A stretch of 64,000 nt of DNA, taken from Candidatus Sumerlaeaceae bacterium. Its GTDB lineage: Bacteria; Sumerlaeota; Sumerlaeia; Sumerlaeales; Sumerlaeaceae. Positions 8,626-18,379 of this stretch are shown here, one piece after another. The notes under the pieces were generated by a model, which searched no databases, had not been told where the DNA came from, and saw nothing but the letters and a program-made list of their open reading frames with translations. The stretch covers positions 107,813 to 171,812 of the forward strand of contig JBMFRB010000007.1 in assembly GCA_049968255.1 (NCBI GenBank), in the 5' to 3' direction. How positions within the stretch are numbered: the stretch's first letter is position 1; each line of letters starts with the position of its first letter. A program made the position numbers and the translations under genes.

Positions 8626-11010
8626 CTAAGGGCAAAACCTAGACGTGGGTTGGTTCGAGAAGAATCTACCGAAGAGCCAGAACATCGCTGCACTCAGCGA
8701 GATCATAGTGACAAAAGCGCCTAAGCGAAGACTCGCCGGCTGATAAACGAAGCGAACAAGGTGCCGGCCCGAAGGGAGGGCCGCGGCACGCATCCATCCA
8801 TTTGCTCGCAGGAGCTCATGCGGCTTGCCCTCAGCCCAAACGTGCCACCCCGGGTAGGTGGCATCGGCGAGGGCGAGAAATGACGGTAAAGGCACATTGA
8901 TCTCGACGCCGATATCGTTTCCGATGTCCCAGAGTACTTCAGCACTTCCGAGATTCCCTTTTGACTGAGTGAAGGGGAACTCGGCAACTGGCTTGCCTTC
9001 TACGTAGATTTCATCACCTGACCATTCGCGATTGAGGGTGAGGGCCAACGATTGAATGGCGTCATGGACGCGAAGAGCCCGCTGCCAAACTTGCGCACGC
9101 ATGGTTTTTGGCGAGAGCTGGGCAAAGACCCACTGGTCTTCGCGGAGAACTATCGTCGCTGTCGGCGGCAAGAGGGCCAATGTATTCGTCGTAGCCAGAA
9201 TCCAGCGTGTGCCCGCAGAGCGAAGATAGGTCCATTGGGCCTCTTTGGAAATCCGCGTGGGTGCTCCAGGTACGACGAAAGAGAGCTTTGTGGCAGCGCG
9301 TGCGTAGGAGAGCGGGAGGCGGGGCACGTGAACATTGATTACGGGATGGCCGGAACGCAGAAGCTCCGCCGGGGCACCCGGTGCGTCCGCAAAGAGCAAA
9401 ATGCGCGAGGACGGATCTGAAGAAAGTTCTTTGAGGACCCCCTGAGCTTGGCTGAGCGCCGACAGAGTGCCGGAGTGCGTTGTGTGCAAGAGTAGAACGT
9501 GACTGGTTCGAAGATCGACAAGCACGAGGCCAAAGAGCGCTAAGAAGAACACCCGTAGCGGCAAGCCATGCGCCGCAGCACCGTAAAGAGCGGAGAGGAA
9601 AAGAAGAATGAGGCACTGACGCAGGAAGGGTTTTGCCCGCGAAGGTCTCGTGGCCTCCAGCTTTGGTGACTTCTGTAAAACGCTCGCTGCAACAGCTCCA
9701 GTCGATGCGCTGTTCGTGGAGGCCCACTGCTGTTGCAGGGGACTGTCGCTAAGACCCGGTTTCGCCAAGCTCCGTTGTTTAGTCAGAAGGCCTAATTGGA
9801 GTGCCGCAGCAATGATCACAGAGAGCACGGCAATCGCCAGCAGCCATCTGGCTTGGCGCGCAAGGTCTGATTTCGCGGAGCGTCGGAGATTTTGCCACAG
9901 ATCAGTGGCCACTGCGCGACAAAGCAAGAGCCCCACAAACGCGCTCGCGAGGCCCGTACCCAAAATTGCGGCCTGGCGCAGGGGCTCGCCATCGTGCAAC
10001 CAGAATGCAGTTGCGCTCGCGAAGCAAATAAGTGCGGAGTGACCAACAATCGAGACCATGGTGCGAAAACGGATTTGTCGCCAGCGCGTCAGCCCAGCCG
10101 CCAGAAACATTGCCCAAACAAACGAGAAGTAGGGAACTAAAGTGACGCGATCGTTGGCAGTGGCCTCTGGCCAGAAAATGCCGAGGAGTGACAGACTTAA
10201 TCGTGGGGGGGCAGAAGGAAGAACCTCCATTGAGTGGAAGCGGAACTCTAATCGTGGGAGCGCCGCAATAGCTCCAACGCCAAACAGAAGGAGGATAATT
10301 CCCAAGAACGCGAAAGGTCGCATCGAACGGGCGGCACTCACACGCGGAAAAGAACAAAAGTCGCTTGAGAGACTTGCTAAGCTCCAGGCTGCAAGCAGCG
10401 CAGTAACAAGGCCGCACCAACCGGCGACCAGAACAGTCCAAGACGCAAATATGACAAAGACACTTGTGCAGTGGATTTGGTGTTTTGCCTCGGAAGGCCT
10501 GAGATAGAGTGCCAACCAAGGCAGCGAGGCGGCAATCGTGGCAAGCGACACAAAACCGTTAGTGGAAAATGCGAGGAACAAAGGGCTCGCCGCGTAAATC
10601 AGAGCTCCGAGCAAAGCGAATGCCGACGGGAGCTGTTGCCCTTTGAGCCAACGCTGAACCCCCGCGCCCGCGATAATGAAATGGAGGGCAACAAGAAGCC
10701 ACAGGCTCGCGCGAGGGGAAAGTCGGAAGACACTCGCGGCCAGAACAAAGGGATCTGCGAAAAGCGCGCCGCCCGGCGAAGCTGCCCAATAGGGCAATCC
10801 TGTGGCCGGCAACGAAAACCACAAAGGGAGAGTCGCACCCCCACGCTCGGAAGCCCACCTCAAAATTGGAGAATGCCAGAGAGTCGTAAAGGAAAGAGGC
10901 CCGCCAGGCCACTCGTCTCCGGAGATCGCTGCCCCAAAAAAGAAGATGGCGAAGAGCGCGAAGAGGGCAAGAGGCGCTAAGCTGGTGGCGATGCGGTGTT
11001 TGCCCAACAT
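8626..11010 (-). CDS. YfhO-like multipass membrane protein (GT-C type)
   Basis: LPLW...ATGLPYWA near the N-terminus, many TM segments, C-terminal LADATYPGWHV...RANGWMRAAALPSGRHLVRFVYQP plus a final TM. Confidence 0.7.
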   Translation of the reverse strand: MLGKHRIATSLAPLALFALFAIFFFGAAISGDEWPGGPLSFTTLWHSPILRWASERGGATLPLWFSLPATGLPYWAASPGGALFADPFVLAASVFRLSPRASLWLLVALHFIIAGAGVQRWLKGQQLPSAFALLGALIYAASPLFLAFSTNGFVSLATIAASLPWLALYLRPSEAKHQIHCTSVFVIFASWTVLVAGWCGLVTALLAAWSLASLSSDFCSFPRVSAARSMRPFAFLGIILLLFGVGAIAALPRLEFRFHSMEVLPSAPPRLSLSLLGIFWPEATANDRVTLVPYFSFVWAMFLAAGLTRWRQIRFRTMVSIVGHSALICFASATAFWLHDGEPLRQAAILGTGLASAFVGLLLCRAVATDLWQNLRRSAKSDLARQARWLLAIAVLSVIIAAALQLGLLTKQRSLAKPGLSDSPLQQQWASTNSASTGAVAASVLQKSPKLEATRPSRAKPFLRQCLILLFLSALYGAAAHGLPLRVFFLALFGLVLVDLRTSHVLLLHTTHSGTLSALSQAQGVLKELSSDPSSRILLFADAPGAPAELLRSGHPVINVHVPRLPLSYARAATKLSFVVPGAPTRISKEAQWTYLRSAGTRWILATTNTLALLPPTATIVLREDQWVFAQLSPKTMRAQVWQRALRVHDAIQSLALTLNREWSGDEIYVEGKPVAEFPFTQSKGNLGSAEVLWDIGNDIGVEINVPLPSFLALADATYPGWHVWAEGKPHELLRANGWMRAAALPSGRHLVRFVYQPASLRLGAFVTMISLSAAMFWLFGRFFSNQPTSRFCP

Positions 11011-11011
11011 T

Positions 11012-11641
11012 TCAGATTTCGTCTTCCTTCAAGCGCACAAGGTTCGCTTTGAGATCAACGACATCCATGAACTCGCCGAGCATTTCGAGGAGTCGGTGGA
11101 TCGGCAAACCGACAACATTCCAATAGTCGCCTTCGATGGATGTGACGAACTTTTTGGCTCCGCCCTGGATGGCGTAGGCACCGGCCTTGTCCATTGGCTC
11201 ACCAGAACGAACGTATTGCTCAATTTCGTCATCAGTAAGAGGTCGAAACGCCACAGTCGTTTCGACCGCGTCGAGGAGGACGGAGCTGGGAGTGGCTTTC
11301 ACAGCGAGTCCGCTAATCACACTATGACAGCGGCCGCTGAGGGCCCTCAACATTGCCCGAGCATCTTCTGTGTCGCGAGGTTTGCCGAATACCTGGCCGT
11401 TGAGCGCAACCACTGTGTCGCAGGCAATGAGAATGTGGTGCGGCCATTCGTGTGCGCGGGCCTGAATTTTTGAGTATGCTGCTTTCAACGCGAGTTCCCG
11501 TGGCGTCGCGTAAGGGATGGCCTCCTCCTCAATGTTAGCCGGTGCAATCTCAATGCGAGCCCCGAGTTTTTCGAGAATGGCGCGACGGCGCGGGGATGCT
11601 GATACCAACACGAGAGGCCTATCATCAGTGTTGTAGTTCAC
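11012..11641 (-). CDS. maf: Maf-family nucleoside triphosphate pyrophosphatase (YhdE type)
   Basis: LVSASPRRRAIL, ACDTVV, FGKP, EPMDKAGAYAIQG, NVVGLP. Confidence 0.92.
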   Translation of the reverse strand: MNYNTDDRPLVLVSASPRRRAILEKLGARIEIAPANIEEEAIPYATPRELALKAAYSKIQARAHEWPHHILIACDTVVALNGQVFGKPRDTEDARAMLRALSGRCHSVISGLAVKATPSSVLLDAVETTVAFRPLTDDEIEQYVRSGEPMDKAGAYAIQGGAKKFVTSIEGDYWNVVGLPIHRLLEMLGEFMDVVDLKANLVRLKEDEI

Positions 11642-12486
11642 GGTTCCCTGCCATTAGGAAAGAGAATGCGCTCTAGACTTCCTAATACAACGCCGGCGAT
11701 CAGGATGACGATAACAACCAATGGGAAGACAAAAAGAAGTGCAGCGACAGTTTTTTGGCGCGCCAAAACGGTGAGAACTGCAAAGAGAAAACCAGCGATC
11801 GAGGTCCCCGGACCACGGAGAGAGAGTCGGGCCGGGTAGGCTGTAAAACGGAGGGAGGCAAGGCTAGCACCGGCGAGTATGGTTGTGAACGCGTGCAAGA
11901 AATGCTCCAACGTGCCGAGTGTGGTAACGAAGACAGCGACAGAGGCCACAAAGAGCAGAACTGACGCAGCGCCTTCCAAACCGTCGAGCAACTTCACGAC
12001 GTTCATCGCAAACAGCATCCAAAGAATCGTGGCCGGCCATGCCCACGCACCAAGTGCGACTTCGGTTGTCGGGATCGGACTGAGAACGGTAAACCGCACG
12101 CCTGCGAGCGAGACGATCACACAGGCGAGGATCTCGCTCGCCGCCTGCACCGTCCAACGGGCCAACCATCCATGCGAAAGGAACGAGATCCGGCCTAAGA
12201 AATAATTTGTAAATAAGATCATGGCACAAACAGCAACAGCACACAGAAGTTTGAAGGCATCTGAAACCGCGTAGAAGCGATCCTGAGGAGCCAAGATCCA
12301 CGGCAGGAAAAGAGTCATCACAACGCCTCCCGCAAGCAAGCCGCCGAGAAGCGGCGCGGCGGCCAGTGGGGAATTTGTTGTGCCGGCGGACGGACGTGTG
12401 TTTCTGCGCCATGCCGTGTAGCCAGCAATCATGCCCCCGATGAAACTCGACAGTCCCAGAAGAGATGTGAGCGCGAGGCCAGTCAT
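11638..12486 (-). CDS. MraY/WecA/TagO-like membrane protein with degenerate catalytic motifs
   Basis: PLLGG, NVVKLLDGLEG and YPARLSLRGPG correspond to the family motifs, but the DD pair, FMGD and C-terminal HxHH are absent. Confidence 0.65.
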   Translation of the reverse strand: MTGLALTSLLGLSSFIGGMIAGYTAWRRNTRPSAGTTNSPLAAAPLLGGLLAGGVVMTLFLPWILAPQDRFYAVSDAFKLLCAVAVCAMILFTNYFLGRISFLSHGWLARWTVQAASEILACVIVSLAGVRFTVLSPIPTTEVALGAWAWPATILWMLFAMNVVKLLDGLEGAASVLLFVASVAVFVTTLGTLEHFLHAFTTILAGASLASLRFTAYPARLSLRGPGTSIAGFLFAVLTVLARQKTVAALLFVFPLVVIVILIAGVVLGSLERILFPNGREP

Positions 12487-12489
12487 GAC

Positions 12490-13419
12490 TTAGCTTCTCC
12501 TCCGACCAAAATGCTCAGCAATCCAGGTGCGTGCAAACATTAGGCTACAACGTAGCGCGATGCCACAGAATGTCGCAACATCCACGAGCACAATCCCTCG
12601 GCTATAATGCTTGCGGTAGAAGCGCCACATACTGCGATGGCGCTGGTAGGTCATGGCATACGGGACGAGGCGTGTGGATTTGCCGATGTGGTGCAGGATT
12701 CTTGCGTCGGGGAGATAGACGACGCGCCATCCAGCCATTTTGATCCGATAACACCAGTCCACGTCTTCGGCGTACATGAAGAATTCTTCATCGAATCCGC
12801 CGACTGACTCGAACACTTCGCGCCGAATAACAAGTGCGGCACCGCTTACCCAATCCACGTCCATCGTCTTGTCGTGGCCGATATCGGTCATCAGATACTG
12901 GCTGGAGAAGCGGTTGCGAGGAAAGAGCTTAGTCATGAGCGAGTAGCGATGGAAAAGAGCTGTGCGGAAGCTCGGGAATCGGCGGCAGGAGTACTGAAGG
13001 GTTCCATCAGGATTGAGCAGTTTCGGACCGAGGGCACCCACATCCGGATGCGTGTCCATGAAATCGCTTATTTGCTGAAGCGCATCCCCAATGATTTCGG
13101 TATCGCTGTTGAGGACTAGAAAATAACGCCCGCGTGCTTGACGCATGCCGATATTGTTCGCGACGGCAAAGCCGCGGTTTTCCGGAAGGGCGATCAAGCG
13201 CACGCGTGGGAATTCGCTGGTGACCATTTCGGAACTTCCGTCCGTGGAGCCATTGTCAACAACAATGATTTCCACATCGTCGGCTGGTTGTGGCTGGTGC
13301 AGCGAACGCAAGCAAACACGCAGAACATCTTTTGTGTTGCGATTGACAATCACGACGGAGAGACGTGGCAGCTTGGCCTCCGGAGCAGCCACTCCCCTAT
13401 GTTCGGTACGCTCCAGCAT
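12490..13419 (-). CDS. GT2 glycosyltransferase (WbbL-like)
   Basis: VVDNGSTDGS, NRGFAVANN, LNSD, DWVSGAAL, GFDEEFFMYAEDVDWC. Confidence 0.9.
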   Translation of the reverse strand: MLERTEHRGVAAPEAKLPRLSVVIVNRNTKDVLRVCLRSLHQPQPADDVEIIVVDNGSTDGSSEMVTSEFPRVRLIALPENRGFAVANNIGMRQARGRYFLVLNSDTEIIGDALQQISDFMDTHPDVGALGPKLLNPDGTLQYSCRRFPSFRTALFHRYSLMTKLFPRNRFSSQYLMTDIGHDKTMDVDWVSGAALVIRREVFESVGGFDEEFFMYAEDVDWCYRIKMAGWRVVYLPDARILHHIGKSTRLVPYAMTYQRHRSMWRFYRKHYSRGIVLVDVATFCGIALRCSLMFARTWIAEHFGRRRS

Positions 13420-13436
13420 GAACGTTTCTCGGCCGG

Positions 13437-14678
13437 CTAATCTCCCAAGTTTCCTGCTGTTTCGGCCAGGGTCTTTTCGTAAGCCTCGGCCACTTTCGGA
13501 AAGGAAAAATGCTCAATGGCATAACGCCGCCCGCGCTCGCCCATTGCGTGACCTTCGTCGGGATGGGTTTTCAAATACGAGATATGGCGCGCCAGCTCGT
13601 GCGGATCTCGTGTGCGGCTGACGAGGCCACATCCTGCCTCGCTTAGTATCTCGTCAATCACACCGGCGACACCGGCGACGATGGGGCGGGCGCTGGACAT
13701 GTACTCATAGATTTTTGATGGCACTGTGATGAGCGTAATGTCGTTTTTCATGTAGGTGACGATGAGTGCGTCGGAAGCAGCGAGAAGGGCGGGGACTTTT
13801 GAGCGGGGCTGATACGGAATGATGCGAACGTTGGTGAGGCCCCACTGTGCGATTTTTTCTTCCATCATAGGCTGAGCCACGCCTTTGCCGACGAAAAGGA
13901 AGAGAACCTCGGGATCGGTGTGGCGGACAATCCGTGCCGTTTCGAGAATCGTTTCAAGACCCATGAGCAGGCCGAAATTCCCAAGAAAAGAAACTACATA
14001 GCGGGCATCAAGACCGTATTCGCGACGTACAGTTTCGCGATCCACCTTTGATGAATCGTATATATCAGGGTCAACCCAATCCGGAAGGAGCCGAATCTTT
14101 TCGCGAGGCACACCTTTCGCTGCGATATTGTCAATGAATCCGCGCGTGACGACGCCGATGCGCCGTGATCGATCATAGACGCGCTTTTCTGCCCATTTGG
14201 AAAGGGCAATGAGAAGGGGATGGCGCAACATCCCGACAGCGATGGCGCAGTCGGGCCAAATGTCGCAGACATCGAACATGAGGGGCCAGCCTCGCAACAA
14301 ACTGAGGCCTAGTCCGGCAATGCCGTTGGGCAACGGGCTGATTGCAACAAGAACGTCAAATGGTCCGCGGAGAAACAGTGCCTTGAGGAAGCCGAGGGTC
14401 ATGAATGACGAGTAGGCAAGCATCCGGCGCATGAAGGTGTCGGGCTTATTTGAGCCGTAGGTCCACACTCGATAGAGCTTGGCTCCGCGAAAATTTTCGA
14501 ACCGTGGTTGCTGGCGCGTCACTTCCCCGCTGCGCATCGTGGATGGATGGCTGGGAATGCCGGCGATCACCGTGACGTCGTGGCCGTGTTGCACAAGGTA
14601 TTCGACTATTTCCACGGCTCGTGTGGAGGTCCCCACTGTCTCGGGATAGAAATGCTGATGCAAAACCAGGATTTTCAT
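13437..14678 (-). CDS. GT4 glycosyltransferase (WbuB/WcaI-like)
   Basis: MKILVLHQHFYPE, DVCDIWPD, FLGNFGLLMGL, PSKIYEYMSSARPIV. Start at ATG 14678. Confidence 0.88.
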   Translation of the reverse strand: MKILVLHQHFYPETVGTSTRAVEIVEYLVQHGHDVTVIAGIPSHPSTMRSGEVTRQQPRFENFRGAKLYRVWTYGSNKPDTFMRRMLAYSSFMTLGFLKALFLRGPFDVLVAISPLPNGIAGLGLSLLRGWPLMFDVCDIWPDCAIAVGMLRHPLLIALSKWAEKRVYDRSRRIGVVTRGFIDNIAAKGVPREKIRLLPDWVDPDIYDSSKVDRETVRREYGLDARYVVSFLGNFGLLMGLETILETARIVRHTDPEVLFLFVGKGVAQPMMEEKIAQWGLTNVRIIPYQPRSKVPALLAASDALIVTYMKNDITLITVPSKIYEYMSSARPIVAGVAGVIDEILSEAGCGLVSRTRDPHELARHISYLKTHPDEGHAMGERGRRYAIEHFSFPKVAEAYEKTLAETAGNLGD

Positions 14679-14761
14679 TTTGTCTCTTCCCACATTCGCG
14701 GACTCGTAAGAAGAACGCAATGCTATGTCAATCTTGGGCATGTGGCTAGAAACTTGTGTGC

Positions 14762-15358
14762 TCAACCGGTTTTGACGCGAGCGCTGGTACTGAGCGAAGC
14801 GCGCGAGATGCTACGGCGCAAGGATTCATCGAGATGAAGCGCGGTGAGGTCGCTAAGCGCAAACCACCGGACTTCACGATGTTCTTCCCTACGTCCTAGC
14901 GGAACCTGATTGGCTGATGCGATAAAAAGATAACGGACATCGTAGTGATAATGAGCTGGGACGTCTCCATGGGGGGGGATGAGATGGATATCGAGATCGA
15001 GTGGTACAGGGGGCTGCGGGTGAGGTACCAGCTCCGTAAGTCCGCTTTCTTCGTGTGTTTCGCGAAGCGCCACCTCGAACGGGTCTTTTTCCCCTTCGTC
15101 GCCATGTCCGCCAAATTGGAGCCACGCTCCTAATTTGCGGTGGAAGCCTAGGCACACGAATCGCCTGCAGGGCGAGACCACCAGGCCGCTCGCGGTGAAA
15201 TGGGCGGGATAGGCATGGCGATCAAAAGGATCGGCAAGTTGTTCCGCGAGCGCGAGCATCGCATCTCGAATTTGTTCGTCGCGAGCATCGTGTGGTTGAA
15301 AGCACGCCAGTGCTCGTCGGAGTGCATGGTGATTTGCGTCCTCACGCGGTGAGCACAT
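14762..15358 (-). CDS. NUDIX hydrolase
   Basis: HFTAS, HRKLGAWLQFGGH, Nudix box GGHGDEGEKDPFEVALRETHEESGL, HYHYDVRY. Confidence 0.85.
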   Translation of the reverse strand: MCSPREDANHHALRRALACFQPHDARDEQIRDAMLALAEQLADPFDRHAYPAHFTASGLVVSPCRRFVCLGFHRKLGAWLQFGGHGDEGEKDPFEVALRETHEESGLTELVPHPQPPVPLDLDIHLIPPHGDVPAHYHYDVRYLFIASANQVPLGRREEHREVRWFALSDLTALHLDESLRRSISRASLSTSARVKTG

Positions 15359-16100
15359 CGGGGCCGTCATCGGTGACTGCAACAGTGTGTTCAAAATGTG
15401 CGGAGAGCGACCCGTCGGCTGTGACGACAGTCCAGTCGTCATCGAGCACGCGCGTTTTCCAAGTGCCTGCGTTGACCATCGGTTCGATGGCGAAGACCAT
15501 GCCAGGGCGTAACCGCAAGCCGGTGTTTGGCGTGCCAAAGTTGAGTACTTGGGGGGGTTCGTGCATGGCGCGTCCAATACCGTGACCGGTGTACTCGCGC
15601 ACGATGCTGAACCCCGCTTCCTCGACGACTTTCTGAATTGCGGCCGACAGTGTGCCCAGGCGATTATCAGGGCGCATCTCGCGGATTCCGGCTCCGAGTG
15701 CCGCTTTCGTCACCTCGATGAGACGGCGTGCGAGATCACTCACTTGGCCAACGGGATAGGTGTAAGCAGAGTCCGCATAGAATCCGCCCAGGATGAGGCC
15801 GCAGTCTACGGCGACGATGTCGCCTTCGCGTAGGACTCGTGCACGGGGAATGCCGTGGACAATCTCTTCATTGACCGATGTGCAAAGAGTCGCGGGATAG
15901 CCTTCATAACCGAGAAACGCAGGAATGGCTCCTGCGTCCTCGATAAGCTTGCGCGCAAGAGTGTCGAGCTCGGCTGTGGTAATGCCGGGTTGTATGTGCC
16001 TTTCCAGCTCAACAAACACAGCACGCAAAAGTTTACCGGCTTTGCGCATCTTTTCGATTTCAGCAGGCGATTTTATTTCTATCCGAGATTTGGCATGCAT
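15342..16100 (-). CDS. map: Methionine aminopeptidase type I
   Basis: CTSVNEEIVHGIP, DCG/DSA, GHGIGRAMHEPP, AIEPM, SAHFEHT. Confidence 0.96.
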   Translation of the reverse strand: MHAKSRIEIKSPAEIEKMRKAGKLLRAVFVELERHIQPGITTAELDTLARKLIEDAGAIPAFLGYEGYPATLCTSVNEEIVHGIPRARVLREGDIVAVDCGLILGGFYADSAYTYPVGQVSDLARRLIEVTKAALGAGIREMRPDNRLGTLSAAIQKVVEEAGFSIVREYTGHGIGRAMHEPPQVLNFGTPNTGLRLRPGMVFAIEPMVNAGTWKTRVLDDDWTVVTADGSLSAHFEHTVAVTDDGPDVLTA

Positions 16101-16159
16101 GAAGATCTCACCCGGAACCGCACATTCTCATCAGGCCGATTTTGCGGCCGTCGTCCAAT

Positions 16160-16202
16160 AAAGACAAAACGGCTCGCTGAAGTGTTGGGGTTCAACGAGC
16201 CG
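16160..16202 (-). terminator. Intrinsic terminator downstream of secY
   Basis: Minus strand CGGCTCGTTGAA-9 nt-TTCAGCGAGCCG (12-bp stem with one G-U) followed by TTTTGTCTTT. Confidence 0.65.
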
Positions 16203-16236
16203 CTTTTGAGCAATCACGTCAAAATCCAAGCACATC

Positions 16237-17652
16237 TTAGCGCCAGCGCGCGACGGATGCGGTGCGGCGGAGCGCAAAGCCCTCGTAATGGCGCATAAGA
16301 AGTTGCGATTCGATTTGCTTGAGAGTGTCGAGAGTCACACCGACTACAATGATGAGGCCAGTGCCGCCAATGAAATTCGCTGCAGGGACAGGCATTCGGT
16401 AAGACGTTTCGAGAATGAGCGGCACAACCGCGATAGCAACTAGGAAAAGAGCGCCGCCGGTGGTGATGCGGGTGAGGACGTAATCGATGTATTCCGCTGT
16501 AGGCTTGCCCGGGCGTTTTCCGGGGATGAATGCACCAGACTTTTTCAGATTGTTCGCGATGTCGTCCGGATTGAAAACGACAGCGGTATAGAAGTAGCAG
16601 AAGAAGCCCGTAAGCAGAGCATAGAGCACAATGTAGAGGTTGATGCTTCGCAGAAGAAGGAAGATTCCGCCCTGTTCGAGGCCAAACCAACGTTGAAAGA
16701 GAGTATAGAGGTTGAAATTTGAGCCAGGGGAAAAGAGGTCGCCCAAGACGCCACCTCGGGCCCCAGAACCGAGATAGGAGGCAACAGTGGCGGGGAAAGT
16801 CAGGATTGCCGACGCAAAGATGACCGGAATCACGCCAGCCGTGTTGATCTTTAGCGGCAAATAGTTTGTTCCCCCCGCGAGGACCCGGCGTCCGACAACC
16901 TTTTTTGCATGCTGGATGGGGATACGGCGCGTGCCTTCCTGGACAAGCATGATAGCCATTGTCGCAATGACGAAAAGGATTGCGGTCACGGGCGCCCAAA
17001 TGGCTGGCACTCCCCCGTTGCTAATCTGGGCCCACAAGGATGCTATGTCGGTAGGATAGTGGGCAATAATGCCTGCAGCAATGATTATGGAGATTCCGTT
17101 GCCGATGCCTTTCTCGCTGATGCGCTCGCCAAGCCACATAATGAAGCACGTGCCCGTGGTCATGGCGATGATCGTGACGACAAGGAAAAGTCCGGTATAG
17201 CCGCCATGCATGTAGGTGAGTCGCTCTTTGAGAAGCATGATCCCAAGGCCAAGCGACTGAAAGGCTGCAAGGAAGACGGTGCCAATGCGGGTCCACCGGT
17301 TGATTTTTCGTTGGCCGAGGACGCCCTCTTGCTGGATCTTTTGAATCTGGGGGAAAACCACCGCCATGAGCTGAATGATGATTGAGACGCTAATGTAGGG
17401 CATAATGCCCAGAGCAAAGACACTCATGTTGCGGAAGGCATAGCCGCCGAAGAGGTCCACGACTTGGAAAATTCCTCCGCCGCCTTGCGCCATTCTGCTG
17501 ATGAATTCCTGCAGGGCGTGGCGGTCAATAAACGGAGTCGGGATATGAGCTCCGATCCGGTAGACTACGAGGATCATCAGTGTGTAGAGGACCTTCTTTT
17601 TGAGGTCCGGAATTTTCCAAATGTTGCCGAGGGCGCCTATACTTCCAATCAC
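16237..17652 (-). CDS. secY: Preprotein translocase SecY
   Basis: SVFALGIMPYI, GIGNGISIII, LPLKINTAGVIPVIFA, GAFIPGKRPG, GGTGLIIVVGV. Confidence 0.97.
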   Translation of the reverse strand: MIGSIGALGNIWKIPDLKKKVLYTLMILVVYRIGAHIPTPFIDRHALQEFISRMAQGGGGIFQVVDLFGGYAFRNMSVFALGIMPYISVSIIIQLMAVVFPQIQKIQQEGVLGQRKINRWTRIGTVFLAAFQSLGLGIMLLKERLTYMHGGYTGLFLVVTIIAMTTGTCFIMWLGERISEKGIGNGISIIIAAGIIAHYPTDIASLWAQISNGGVPAIWAPVTAILFVIATMAIMLVQEGTRRIPIQHAKKVVGRRVLAGGTNYLPLKINTAGVIPVIFASAILTFPATVASYLGSGARGGVLGDLFSPGSNFNLYTLFQRWFGLEQGGIFLLLRSINLYIVLYALLTGFFCYFYTAVVFNPDDIANNLKKSGAFIPGKRPGKPTAEYIDYVLTRITTGGALFLVAIAVVPLILETSYRMPVPAANFIGGTGLIIVVGVTLDTLKQIESQLLMRHYEGFALRRTASVARWR

Positions 17653-17714
17653 TTGTCCGGCCTTCTGTTGTCAAAAGAGTCGTTTAGCGTATTCGCTCGG
17701 TACCAGCGGGAGAT

Positions 17715-18170
17715 TTACGCGCTGGGTACTGATTCAGCTACTCCGCCGGCGGCCTGAATCTTCTCAATGGCACCTTTGGAGAAAGCAGTAGCTTTGACTG
17801 TCAGCTTTTTGGTGAGTTCGCCTTTGCCAAGGATTTTCACCCGCTTTGCGCTGGTTGGTATTTTGCCAGCTTTCTTGAGCATATCGAGATCCACAACGGT
17901 ATTGTCGTCGAAGCAATTCAGGACGCTCACATTGACGACGTCATACTCGACACGGAAAGGATTATGGAAGCCACGCTTAGGGACGCGCCGAATGAGTGGC
18001 ATTTGCCCGCCCTCGAAAGCGCCACCGTAGCCTTTTCCGCGGCCGCTACGAGCCTGCGAGCCTTTATTTCCGTGTCCGGCCGACTTGCCAAGCCCGGATG
18101 CCTCGCCGCGGCCACGACGTTTCCGCTTCTGCAGACGCCCAGGGTCTTTCCCAAGCTCATGAATTTTCAT
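17715..18170 (-). CDS. rplO: 50S ribosomal protein L15
   Basis: RRGRGEASGLGK, FEGGQMPLIRRVPKRGF. Expected operon position. Confidence 0.97.
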   Translation of the reverse strand: MKIHELGKDPGRLQKRKRRGRGEASGLGKSAGHGNKGSQARSGRGKGYGGAFEGGQMPLIRRVPKRGFHNPFRVEYDVVNVSVLNCFDDNTVVDLDMLKKAGKIPTSAKRVKILGKGELTKKLTVKATAFSKGAIEKIQAAGGVAESVPSA

Positions 18171-18358
18171 GCTTCTTCCACCTTTTCTACTTTGCAGAGG
18201 TAACCAACCTGATCAAGCATCCCCTTGATTTGAGGCGTAAGTGTGTGAACTTTCGATTGATTGAGATGAGTAAAACCGAGCGCACGCAGGGTGCGACGGT
18301 GCTTGTGAAGGCGATTGATTCCGCTTTTTACCCAGGTGATTTTGACTTTTTCTGCCAT
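18167..18358 (-). CDS. rpmD: 50S ribosomal protein L30
   Basis: KITWVKSGI, TLRALG. Lies between rpsE and rplO. Confidence 0.93.
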   Translation of the reverse strand: MAEKVKITWVKSGINRLHKHRRTLRALGFTHLNQSKVHTLTPQIKGMLDQVGYLCKVEKVEEA

Positions 18359-18379
18359 TGTTGAGCGTGCCTCCTAAGC

